From NCBI GenBank assembly GCA_977017645.1, contig OZ360229.1:11904001-11968000 (forward strand): 64,000 bases of DNA, in the 5' to 3' direction. The position numbers were made by a program, and so were the translations under genes. The notes under the pieces were generated by a model. The model was not told where the DNA came from, did no database searches, and saw nothing but the letters and a program-made list of their open reading frames with translations. The stretch comes from Torpedo marmorata. Taxonomy: Eukaryota. Shown here piece by piece: positions 51,476 to 63,700 of this stretch. Every line of letters begins with the position of its first letter. Position 1 is the stretch's first letter.

Positions 51476-52293
51476 CCATATATTTCAGCGTATAAGTCTA
51501 GTCTTGAAACCCTCAAAAAACTGTCAAAAAAAGGGTCATCTTATACGCCGGATATACTTTTGAGACCTTAAAATCAGCTCAAAAACTACTCCACGCCGAT
51601 TCGGCGTATAATTTGACCCTTGAAAACCCAATTCGGCGTATAAGTCGACCCATGAAAAACCGATTCGGTGTATAAGTCACCCTGGAAGCATCTCCCCACC
51701 GCCGGCGCCACCATAAACCACCCAGACATTCTACAATTGTAGAGCCCGAGGTCCCCGCTCCTACCCGGGAGCCTGAGGTCGCCGCTCCTGGCACGTAGTC
51801 CGAGTCCGTTCCCGACCTGCCGGGAGAACGAGGTCGCCGCACCTGCCCGGGAGAACGAGGTCGCCGCACCTGCCCGGGAGAACGAGGTCGCCGCACCTGC
51901 CCGGGAGCCGACACGTAGCCGTGGTTCCTGCACCGAGCACACTTGGGCAGCGAGGCGACTTCTTTGATGCGGACAGCACTGCACCCGATATGGAGAATGG
52001 AGTCGTCCGTCGCTGACTCTGGCTGCAGCCGAAGCTGAAGACTTGGACCCAGCTCCGTTTGGCATCTTCCCGGCCAGAAGCAAAGGTTGTTTTTTTTACT
52101 TACTTGCTTAATTTACAGCTTTGTTACTTGGCGATTGGGGTGTTGTAACAAATTTTGGGTTGTTGCTGGGAGGTCCGGACAGCCCAAAAATTGGGGGTCG
52201 ACTTATACGCAGGATATACAATAAAACCATTAAAATGAGGCTAAAAAGGGGGGGTCGACTTATCCGCGTCGACTTATACGCCGAAATATACGG
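51476..52293. mobile_element. Uninterrupted 818-bp Tc2-like non-autonomous DNA transposon, inverted relative to the 47330 copy
   Basis: TA|CCATATATTTCAGCGTATAAGTC ... GTCGACTTATACGCCGAAATATACGG|TA; multiple internal TATAAGTCGAC motifs; GC-rich core shared with 47540-47850. Confidence 0.92.
51820..51907 (+). repeat. 27-bp tandem repeat, 3 copies
   Basis: Unit cccgggagaacgaggtcgccgcacctg. Confidence 0.9.
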
Positions 52294-52300
52294 TAGATCA

Positions 52301-52359
52301 TAGCTGATCAGAGTGATCTCAACTCCACTTAGCTGATCAGAGTGATCTCAACTCCACTT
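52301..52359 (+). repeat. 29-bp tandem duplication next to the Tc2-like element end
   Basis: tagctgatcagagtgatctcaactccact occurs twice. Confidence 0.85.
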
Positions 52360-53249
52360 TCCTTCTTTACAACTCTAGTCCTAATCAAAAGCTATTGAAA
52401 CTTCAATATACAGTATTCAACAATTTGGAATTCTGTACCCAAGAGGGTGCAGGAGGCCAAAGATTTACAATTATCAAAATTCATCACTTCCAATTTATTC
52501 TGAAAATATTCAAGATTTCACATCCCTATCCTACTCACTGGAAGCATCCAGTCAACAGTCAGATATAAAACATTTCAATTAGATTACTTCCCATTCTAAA
52601 CTGCTAACTGGGCCATAATGCTCAACATTTCCCCAAAAGACAACCACTTTATCACAATCAAATAACATTCGCTGAATTGCCTTGAATGGATGTGTATGCT
52701 TTATTAAATGGACCAACAAAAACTGTGCCCAGTACATTAATAGCACAACTTGTCAACATTGAAATTACAGCAAATATCAGATTAACTGTTTGATGAGAAC
52801 ACCCAAATCACAACATTTAGTTTCTATCCAAACAATTTTCTGGTTTGTATATCAACAGCAGGGCTCTTTTGCCAATTATCCCTTCAAGTAGCAAAGTAAT
52901 GCACAACAGATTAATTTGTGTTTGAACAAAATAATATTTCAGCATCAAATTCAAATACATAACTAGTCCTCACAATTTACCCTTTCTGGAAACTAAATAT
53001 CCACTTGCTTACCCAAACATTCAATAAAAAAAACTGATAAGTTAAGATACCGTTATTTCAAAATAATGTTAGTATCTCTAGTCATCAGATTTAAATGGAT
53101 GACTTTCCCCAATATTTTCGTGCAATTTCAACGTTTGTTAACTAACAAATCTGTCACACAGCTGACCACCAAATCCTCTCTAGCCCGCACCCACTTTCCA
53201 GTTTGTTCACATTTGCTTCAACTTGGTGTATGGTGATAATGATGTATGA

Positions 53250-54560
53250 TAATAAACTCAAATACAGATGTACCATAATTCTTACTTGCTGCATCCAAAC
53301 AGGTAATTTTGTTTAAAAACTCCAACAGTACACATTAAATTCTTGTATGGAAAGAGATAAATATTCAGTTACAGTAGTGAAAGAAAAATGTTTCATAGTG
53401 CAGGCAGGTCTTTTTGTGGTGTTGGAGTATCTTACGATTAGGATCGCAAGCGAAGATTCACAAATTTGATAGCCATTGGAAAAAGCTGTTCCTGAACGAA
53501 GTTTTGAGGGACTTCAGGTTTGTGTGTATACTGGAATGCAGCAGCGAGAAGAGGTTGGGAGCAGGGTGATAGGAGTCCTTTATGATACGGCTGCCTTGAT
53601 GCAGTGCCTCACACAGATAGGGTCGTTTGAGTCATTCAGCTTAGAAAAAGGCTCTTCAGCCAATCACCGACCAGTGTCCCATCTGCCTGCATTTGGCCCA
53701 TAATCCTCAATTGATGGGAAGTGTGAACCAGTGATTGTCTTGCCTGCGTTTGCTACCTTCTGTATTCCTGGGTACTTGAATTACCAAACCAGGTTGTGTT
53801 GCAACCAGTCAATACACCTCCCAGAGTACACTTGTAGAAGTTTCATGGAGTATTCAACGACATGTCAAATCTCCTTGGACTCCTTAGATAGGAGAGACGT
53901 TGGGTGTGCCTTCTTTACGGTTGCCTCGATGTGCTGGCTCCAGGAGAGGTCCTCTGATATTGAAGGTATTAACCCTCAGTCTGAAAGTGGACAGGTGCAT
54001 GATTCCTCAGCCTCCCCTTCCTAAAATGCACAATAAACTCCTTGGTCTTATTGATGTTGAGAGCAAGATTGTTGTTCTGGCACCACAAACAGATTTTCAA
54101 TCTCCAACCTGCGTTCTGACTCATCATTTCCTATTATTTGGCCAACATTAGTGTCATCAGAAAATTTACAAATTGCTTTGGAGCCAAACTTGGCTATGCA
54201 GTCATGACTTTGTAGGGAATAGAGCAAGGGACCAAGCATGCAGCCGCAAGGTGCCCATGCTGATGGCTAGCAAGGAGATGTTGCTGACCCACACTGATTG
54301 GGGTTTACCGATGAGGATGCTGAGGATTCAGTTACAGAGGAAAAAACAGACCTAGGTCCCGAGTTAGATGACAAATATTGCTGGTCTGATGGTGTTAATG
54401 CCAAGCTGTAGTCAGCTGACAACAGCTTGACACAGGTGTTCTTCTGCAGAGTGGAGGGCCAGTGAGATGGCATCTGCCATTGGCCTATTGTGATGATAAG
54501 CAAATTGAAGTGGGTGCAGGTCCATCCTGAGACAGGAGTTGATTTGCTCTATCACCACAA
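53250..54560 (-). mobile_element. Old Rex1-like LINE fragment
   Basis: ORFs 54412..54606 ([23 protein letters not shown]) and 54048..54239 (LGPLLYSL..HDC.AK...KFSDDT). The 3' end is related to 19950-20220. Confidence 0.75.
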
Positions 54561-54913
54561 ATGCCACTAACTGATAGTGGAAAACACCTTTCTGAACTAT
54601 TAACATTTCATTAATTTTTCCTCATTATACAAATCTATTTCCAGCCTAATCATTCCTTGAGCTCTTCGATCCCTTAAACCACTCATCTAAAAATTGATCA
54701 ACACCTTTGACATTACCCTGATAACTCAACTCCCATCCTCAAATAAAACTATTGTAACCCAAGTATCAAAGTTCCTCCAAAATTGATTGATCTTGCATTT
54801 AAAAACAGAAATTTCTGTTTAAGGAAACCCATAGCTAGGTAACCATTTTGCAAAATAAAGTTCTGAAATCATTGTCCATTTCACAAAATAATTTTGTGGA
54901 CAGAAATACTTAC

Positions 54914-55056
54914 ATCTGGATATTCTTTCACAGGCACAAATAATTTTTCTTGTAACTGCATAATAGGTCCTATGGGGTCCGGTAGGTCCATTGGCAGCTT
55001 GTCAACAAGGCCATTCATTGTATCTGTATACATGTCCTTTCGTACTCTGCTTATTT
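54914..55056 (-). CDS. QKI: Quaking-family (QKI/qkia-like) coding exon 2: end of QUA1 and linker into the KH domain
   Basis: Minus strand reads acag|AA ATA AGC AGA GTA...TAT CCA GAT|gtaag and translates (E)[47 protein letters not shown]. The 143 nt length matches QKI exon 2; phase 1 to 0. Confidence 0.96.
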
Positions 55057-55364
55057 CTGTACAAATGAAAGAAAAGATTTTCAGCCACTGGAGAATTCAG
55101 TAAAAAGTTTGAATGCAAATGTTCACAAGCAACAAGTAACAGTCCTTGACAAAAAAAAATTCAATTGACTACCATAGCATCAATCTACTTATTCAGAGAA
55201 GCAATCAGACCCAGTCATTATGTTCCTGTGGATTCCTAACTATCACTGTCGTTGGGAGAGTGGGGAAAGTAAGAAAGGTCACACCCAGCGAGGGTTGACT
55301 ATAAAGGTCAACACTGTATGCACTGAGAAATGCCATCAAGTGAAAGATTTTCAATTGGGGTCAT

Positions 55365-55692
55365 GATACAAAATTATGAGAATAGATCAGGGGAGTTTTT
55401 GCCCAATGTAGGGTAATCAGTAACCAGAGGACACGGGTGGGGGTAAAGATATTTAACAGGAACCTGTTAAATTTTTTTAAAACCAGAGGGTGGTGAGTGT
55501 AGGGAATAGACTGCTGGAGAAGGCCAAGGAAGGTACTACTGCAATGTTTAAGGAAAAATTGTACAAAAACATGGAAGGGATGGCTTGAGATGAATATGGG
55601 CTAATCACAGTCAGATAAGACCAATGTGGGAGGGACATTTTGGTCAGCAAGTTGCATTGAAGGTCCTGTTTCCACATTGTATGATGACTCTA
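55365..55692 (+). mobile_element. Decayed CR1 3' fragment
   Basis: aaccagaggacac...ccagagggtggtgagtgt...gggcta...cctgtttccacattgtatgatgactcta. Confidence 0.6.
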
Positions 55693-55932
55693 CAAAGGTC
55701 AATGTAGCACTGGTTTAAAAAGAAATGGGCAAAAATCAATACCAAAGACTGTGTCAAATTACTTTAAACAGGTGACTCCACAAGTATGAGTAATAATCAC
55801 TAACACTGAAAAATAAAAAAGGTGGCACGAGTTTCTTTGATTTACTAAAGTGGAATACAATGCATTAAGAATCTTGAATACACCTACTTTTAATATTTTG
55901 CCATTAGACATTTAATTAGTTATGCTGTAACT

Positions 55933-56176
55933 CAGCCATTATCAATGGGGGCCCTACGCACGCACGCACCCCACCCCCCCCGGAAACCACAGCGCATTTA
56001 AGTAAAAACCTGGTTTTCTTTTCACCTCGTGTAACAAATTTTTTTTTATATATAGCCGGTAGGAGAGAAGTATGGAAAAAACCATGACTGCTTCACAGGG
56101 AAAGGGGGCCCATAAACTTTGAGCAGAATCCTGGGGGTGGGGCCATAGCCAGAAAAAAAAAGGTTAAGAATGGTTG
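55933..56176. mobile_element. Non-autonomous hAT element
   Basis: Ends CAGCCATTATCAA and TTAAGAATGGTTG; 8-bp TSD CTGTAACT at 55925-55932 and 56177-56184. Confidence 0.85.
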
Positions 56177-59100
56177 CTGTAACTGATTCTCTAGAAAACT
56201 TGAATGCTGCCTCCCTTTCAAAGCATCCAGGTGTAACCAGGCCAACTGTTTTAGATGGAAACGGACTCCTTTAGGAAGAGAATGGAAGTTGTGATAATCG
56301 ATCATCAACCCGACACACGAATTCTCCTCCACAGATTATGGCTGGCTTGATGACCAATTCTAGTACAGTATTTTATTTCAGATTTGCATACATTTCACTT
56401 TTGAACCATAGAAACAGACATCATCTATAGAAACATGGTGCTGGGTCAAGGTCTGCAGAACTGATCGATTTAAAATTGAAAATCACGGGAACTAGCGAGA
56501 ACCAAGTCATTTTCAATCTTTCAGATTGTGGACCGCATACTAATGCAATCGGGACGCAAACATTCATGAAAGAAATTGCTCAAATCTAAGTAAAATTAAG
56601 GAACAGGTGTTCTAATGAATACACGGCTCTTTTAAATATAAAGATTTATTCAATCTTCAAAAAAGTGAACGAGATCTGGAGAGTCTAAGCATAAAATGCA
56701 AAACAAAAAAAAATCATCCAACAAAGCAACATAACATTTCTATTTCTGATTAGAAACAGATCTTCACTACACAGCAACAGCCCCACCATCAATAGAGGCG
56801 AAACATTAAACCAGAAGGATATCCAAAATGACAGATACCGACCGGTAGCAACTGAAACAAAGACAACTGCTGCAATGTCAAACTCCATCCTTCAGTGCTC
56901 GACAAGAATTGTCAAGTCAATTTGAAACTAAGAAAATATCTTCAAGTCAATCTAAACATTATCAACACAGCTTTTCAATAATCTGAAACCAGGCCCGGTC
57001 ATACAAAATTGTATTCCTTTGAAGGCAGGTCTGACTTTGCAAACTTGGATTTAAATGCATCAGCAATTTTTTAACTAGGCTGAAATTAATTAATACTTAA
57101 AACCTAAACAGTACAGCTGCTTAGTTAAAACTAATGTATTCATGTATTTTACACAAAGTACTGTTTTTTTGGTGTTTTGAATTTCCAGCAACTGAGAAAG
57201 TGTACAAACCTTTTCTGCCAATTGTGCTGTTAAACACCCATCACTTTTAAAAACCAACCATGAGCAACTACAAGAAGCTATGCCCAGTCCAGTGACCAAT
57301 ATTACATGTTTTCATCACCCCAAATGAAGCCTAGTTATATTACTCTTTTTTCCTGTGTGCAAAGTGGCAGTTTTACATAGCAATTACATTTCAAAGGCAC
57401 TTCACTGGCTGTTAAGCTTTGTGGTCATTAAATAGTGTACAAAGCCATTTTTATGAACAACATCATGAGGGGCAGGGCTATTAATGGAATTTCTTCAATT
57501 AAATACAAACCCTAAATCTGAATACCTAGGTACATCGTCAACTACAACATATCCAAATTAATGAGTAAATGTATTTTTTTTTACATGTAGGAACAAGGTT
57601 TGAATGTATACATTGGAAGTTTGGCAAAATAGCACTTCTATTACACAAAACATTAAGTGTGCATCAATTTCATCTCCTTAGCTAACAAGTAATAATTAGT
57701 CTAGTTCAGGCTGTCTTATAACAAATAAATTATTTTCATGCAAACATGAAGACTAAAACCCATTTCCACCCACACTTCCTCTTCTGGCTACCTTTACTAA
57801 AAGCCACATTTCATTTATTTATACGACACAGTGATTAGAAGTTGTCAGTGGTTTAAATTTTCAAAGCAAAGCAACGAAAGCAATTCAGCAGGGTCAAGCA
57901 GCAACAATGTGAGAGAAACAATTGTCAACGTTTCAGGGAGAAACCCTCGACAAGACAGAGGCAGAACTGGGATGTGCACTACCAGACTGGAAGCTGTGCA
58001 GGGATGATCTCTTGATGTGAATGAAGGCCTGGTGGGGTTGCGGTCTGGAGGCGAGTATCTGAGAGTTGGTGTCTGGCCTCTGCAAGATAGAGGTCAGTCT
58101 ACCAGACTAAGCCATGTTCATCCATCTTAAACTTAAAATATAACTTCTATGTGGTTGAGGTTTATTGACTGGAACAGATTTTAACCAATTAAAATAATTT
58201 ACCTTGCAAGGCTGCCACACTGTGTTTTGACTGCTAAAATACACACCCTTATTATAAACACACCTGCACCATGGCAACTAATTTTGAACACTGTCCAACA
58301 GGATTTAAAACTAGCTTTGTCAGCTACTTTAGTAAAATAGCAAGTTTACATCATGTACCACATTATGTTCCTTTGTATAATTATAGAAAATATGCAGATC
58401 TTTGCTCTTATGGAAACCTCAAAATAAAGCCAATAATTACAAGGCAACAGAATAAAAATTTCTAAAGTATACACATTCCCTCACCATCAGATGTTTTAGT
58501 TTTGGCAATAAATTAGATATTCTTTAACCCTCTAAACTAAACAAATATATAACCATTTTAAATCAAGGATAGCAGGTATTAGAATATCCAATACTATATT
58601 CAAGACCAAAACCAATCCATGAAGTTACAGTCAGAATACACAGGGAGGTAATCAGAAGGCACCACCTGACAATTGGAAGAATGAAATAAATTGTAAAGGC
58701 CATCACCAAATGTACACAACGTGGCTGAATGCTAATATCTCATCCTTAATAAAATGAAAAACAAAATTTGGCAAGACAAATGGAATACCAGATTCAGACT
58801 CAGTAGAAAGGATAAATAAAAGCAAGAGAGTGACAGCCTTATCAATGGCCACTTCTTTACATTAGCTGTTTTTACAGATGTTTGTGCTACCAATTCTTTA
58901 TGCACGAGTCACCCCACGAGAAGCAATTGCAATGCTAATGTTCCCAGGTGCACCAAAGACAAGGAAGCCAAGAGACCAGTAACCAGTGGTGCAGGCCCCC
59001 ATCAAGGTCAATGTAAAAGTAGCTTCACTGACCTAGATAAGCATTTCAGAACAACAAGCGCTTCAAATTCCTCAAACCTAAAATAAGAACAGGAATTGTT

Positions 59101-59705
59101 GGATACATATGTAACTGGAACATCATCTGCAAAGAGAAAGGAGACATTGGCATTTTGTAGCGAAGGATCTTTGAAGGTAATTTTGCCCTATCAAGTATGA
59201 CTGGCATTTTTAACTGTACTAAATTGGGAATTTGGCAGTGGCACAGATATTTTCTACTCACTTGCAATTGACTTTAAATTTTGTGTGCCATATTCACATT
59301 TTGAAGCAATGCATTCAAATAATTTTATCCTGAAAACACTAGTGCACCTGCTCACAGAAATCGCTTTAACAGCCTGTGCCATATTATAATCTACTTAATG
59401 AATATACATAGTTGATATGTTAAACTACTAAGAGATCATCATAGAATTATTTATTGAAAGACTGGACAAAAGATTGTGCCTTACCCCTGCAGTGGAATTC
59501 AAACGTCTACTGAATAAAATGCAGCCAAAGACTCGTACCAATGCTGCAAGCTTGTTTAATCACTCAAGATTAGTGACAGTTGCTTCCCGATGTTTTGTAA
59601 CCTCATTTTAAATGACAAAACATTGTGATTTTCTTTTAAATACTTATCCATACATGCTTAAAAGACTCAATGCCATCAACATAAACATTAGTCATAAATG
59701 CATGC

Positions 59706-60755
59706 TGTGACGAATGTGCTATGATTAATCTTTAGTTTAATGTTAAAACTATATTTCATCTAGAGATGGCTTAGTAAGTTAGTTTTGGGTGGTTTCAGGG
59801 GCACAAAGACAACACGTTTGTATTTTTAACACACGTTTCTTCGAGATGGCAGATGGACATTTGCAGAGACAGAATGTCTGCTGATTGCAGTTGAAGCCAA
59901 GAGATGAAAGGCTTTATGATGGTTCTTGAGATACTGAAAACAATAGGTGTTGGCTCAGATGCACCTGTCTAAACGCAGATCCATTCTGTGTCCAAGTGGA
60001 TAGACATCACGGAGTCTAAATGGAATGAGATGCTTTTAGCACATAAGTGTGAAGACGACATTATGAACTTCAAAGACAGAAATGAGGTCATATACCATGT
60101 GACATGAGAGATGTGCAAGAAATATATTATCGAACTCAGAAACAAAGGAGTGAGTTTAAGAAAATTTGACATCTTGGAAAGACAGGGTTGTTCTGTCTTG
60201 TATCATCCTTATCATAGGAGATACACAACATAAGTGGCTTTTAAATAAGTAAGACCACTTCCGACTGCCTCTAAGAAGAGAGCAGCCTCATGTGTTAATT
60301 TCGATTAAGAAATCATTGTGGAAAACAGACTCCAGAACTCTGGCAAGATAAGAGGGAGTTTGTGAAATCACTCACATGAAGAAGAATCTCTCTCTGAAAG
60401 ACAACTCATCAAAAGACGTGTGAGTTTGAAAGAAATCAGGTGCTTCACTTTTGCTTTATAATTAATTCTGAACCACAATTTAAAAAGATCCGGAAGTTCA
60501 ACAAGAAGTTTGAAACTGGACTTTAAAATTGACTTTTCAGACTCAAGTTTAAACTGAAATAATTTGGACTTTAACACACACACATTTACATTTGCACATA
60601 GTGGGGTTTAAGTTAGAGTTAAGTTTAGAGATAAGTAAGAAATGTTATGTTACTAATAGTTTAATAAAAACTATTATTTTTAATTTACCAGTGTCTAGTG
60701 AATTTTTCATTGGTGTTCCTTTGTTAGTATTAGCAAGGTTTGTTAGTTTGTAACA
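59706..60755 (+). repeat. 5' LTR of a Gypsy element
   Basis: Termini TGTGAC...GTAACA, AATAAA at about 60663, followed directly by the PBS. The left boundary is inferred because the 3' LTR is outside the window. Confidence 0.7.
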
Positions 60756-60759
60756 AAAT

Positions 60760-60777
60760 TGGGGGCTTGTCTGGGAT
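60760..60777 (+). promoter_or_regulatory. Primer binding site, tRNA-Pro
   Basis: TGGGGGCTTGTCTGGGAT versus the canonical tRNA-Pro PBS TGGGGGCTCGTCCGGGAT (2 C>T changes). Confidence 0.85.
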
Positions 60778-63700
60778 TTGACCAAAAATTATGAGCTTAA
60801 TGAGAGCTTATTTGATCGATTAATTTTTGATTTGTTTGGTTAAATTTATTTCTGAAAGCCAATTAAAAGGCTTGTGTGTGCGTAAATAAAACAGCAGCAA
60901 TGGGTTTTGGTAACTGTTTGGCAACTCCAATCTGTGTAGATTTGAAAGTGGAGGCTTGATCAAAGTCTGTAAAAATTGCAGATGATTATGTTTTAAACCC
61001 CAAAACTAAGTGTGGCCCAAGTGAAACTTTCCAAATGAGACTTGATAAGCTTTTGGAATCGCCAAACTTTGCAGATTTGCAGAGGGTGAAAAAGAATGAG
61101 GTGTTACAACAATTTCCTGAGAGTAAATCTCTTGAGCAGCAGTTACAGTTGAGAAATATGGAGTTGGAAAAATTTTGAATTGAGTGTGAGAGTTAGAAAG
61201 ACAATAGACAGCATGTGCTAGAGATAGAAAAACTTAAATTTGAAAGAGAGGAAGCAGAAAAACAGAGAGGAAGCAGAACGGCAAAGGAGATTTGAGGAGG
61301 AGGAAGCCGCAAAACGGAGAGAGTTTGAGAGAGAAATGCAAACTTGGTCAGATTTTGCAGAATTTGCAAATGATTATGCTTTAAATCCAGAGTTTAAATT
61401 AAAGCCAAGTGAAACTTTTAAAAAGGGACAAAATTCTGCTACATTTGCAGACGACTATCACAAGGTGAAATTTGTGCTCAACAAACCTTTTCAAGAAGGT
61501 AAAATAAAGTATCCAAATAAGTTTGAAACTAAATGGGAAATTATTGCCAGCCAAAGTGCTGTGCAAACTGATTTAAAAGGTATGTCTAAAAAGCTTGCTA
61601 GTGAAGACAGTGATGAACAAAATGATTTGAAGGGGTTGGAAATCTGTGACAGTGAACAGCAGATGCAATAGGATGTCATTATCCAGAGAAAAATTAAATA
61701 GAAAGACAATGAAGATATTGATCTTCCTGAAGTCAGGGATAAAGCACTCTCCGATGAGGAAATTAAGAAAGTGCCAGTTGGATATTATTTCAAGGAAGGA
61801 ATATTAATGAGGACATGGAGGTCACTTGAGATTCCTGCTAATGAAGAATGGGCAGTTGTTCACCAGGTTGTAGTTCCTAAAGATTATAGGGATGGAATTT
61901 TAGCACCAGCCCATTGAACTCCTTTAGGTGAGCACCTTGGGGTAAAGAAAACTACCTATAAAATTATGAAACAATTTTATTGGCCTAATTTAAGAAAAGA
62001 TGTTAAGACATTTTGTAGGACCTGTCACACTTGTCAAGTTGTGGGGAAACCTAATCAGGGTCCACCAGTTTCTCCTTTAAAACCTATTCCTGTTTTTGGG
62101 GAACCTTTCTCTTAAAGTTAATGTGGATAGTGTTGTTCCATTGCCAAAAACAAAAGCTGGAAATGAATATTTGTTGACTATTGTGTACAGCTTCCAAGTT
62201 TCCTAAAGCAATACCACTTAGGAACATTAAGGCAAAAACTGTGTCTGGGGCTCTGGTGAAATTTTTCACTTCGTTTGGTTTGCCTAAAGAAATACAGTCA
62301 GATCAGGGAAGTAACTTTATGTCAGGTGTATTTCAGCAGTTAGTTTATAAACTGGGAGCTAAACAAATTACGTCATCTGCATATCACCCAGAATCTCAGG
62401 GAGCTTTGGAGAGATTCCATTTGACTTTAAAAACTATGATGAGGACTTATTGTTGTGAGAATGAGAAGGACTGGGATGAAGGTGTTCATTTACTTTTGTT
62501 TGCAGTAAGGGAATCGGTACAAGAATCGTTAGTTATTAGTCCTTTTGAGTTAGTGTTTGGACATGAGGTTAGGGGACATTTAATGTTGTTGAAAGAACAG
62601 TGGGTTAATGAGGATGTACAGTTGAATTTGTTAGATTATGTTTCAAAGTTCAAAGATCATTTACAGAAGGTCTATAAGATAGCTAAGGAGAGTTTTAAAA
62701 AGGCTCAAGGTGATATGAAGGTTTGGTACGACAGGAAATCTCGTGAGAGAATTTTTAAACCAGGGGATAAAGTGTTAATTCGTTTCCCAACAATTTCTAA
62801 TCCTCTTAGAGCAAAATTTTCAGGACCTTATGAGATAGAATCTTAGGTAAATGAAGTCAATTACGTGGTTAAAACACCTGATAGGAGACGTAAAACACAG
62901 TTGCCACGTTAACATGCTAAAACCTTATTTTGAGAATTTGGATGTTAGCCAGAAACAGCCTACACCAGAGGTATTGGTTGTGGAGAAAACTGAGGAGGTT
63001 ATGGATCATGAAACCACACAAGCTGATTCTTGTGAGAGTCATTTTAAAGAGAATATTGTTCCAGTTTGTTTACTTAATTCAAGTATATTGGAAATTTGGA
63101 TGAGAAATTGGCTCATTTGAAACCTCAGGAAAAGCAACAAATGAAACAGTTAATTTTAAAATTCAGAAATGTATTTCCAGATGTGCCACAGCGAACTTCC
63201 ATCGCTTGCCACGATGTTGATGTTGGAGATGCAAAACATTATCAAACAGCATCCATATAGAATGAATATTGAAAAGTGTAAACAGGTAGATCAAGAGATT
63301 GAGTACATGTTAAAGAATGATATTATTAGACATTCTACTTCAGATTGTAGTTCACCTTGTGTCTTGGTACCAAAATCAGATGGAAGTTAGATTTTGCACT
63401 GATTATAGAAAAGTTAATGCAGTGACAAAGACAGATGCTTATCCTATCCCTAGGGTGGATAAGATTGGAAAAGCTAAATTTCTTACAAAGATAGATTTAT
63501 TAAAAAGTTACGCTTTTGTAACCCCATCAGGTTTATATGAATACAATGTTTTACCATTTGGAAGAACATTTCAGAGGATGATGAATTCTGTAACTCAAGA
63601 TTTAAAATATACAGATGCTTATATTGATGACTTGGTTTCAGGGAATGACACATGGGAAGAACACATCTCTGCATTAGAAAAATTGTTTGATAAACGTTTG

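Noticed and set aside
51480-51680. Regularly spaced CGTATAAGTCGAC motifs as a CRISPR or iteron array
   Set aside because: They are subterminal copies of the TIR core of a Tc2-like transposon.
51579-52083. Overlapping ORFs with RRPRSPGQV or RAGAATSFS repeats as genes
   Set aside because: They result from a GC-rich 27-bp minisatellite in a non-autonomous transposon and show no domain signature.
54894-55103. Plus-strand ORF overlapping exon 2 as an antisense gene
   Set aside because: It is the shadow frame of the real minus-strand exon; the same applies to 11253..11438.
61240-61671. Charged coiled-coil ORF as a host gene exon
   Set aside because: It lies between the PBS and the integrase, so it is best explained as a gag N-terminal remnant.
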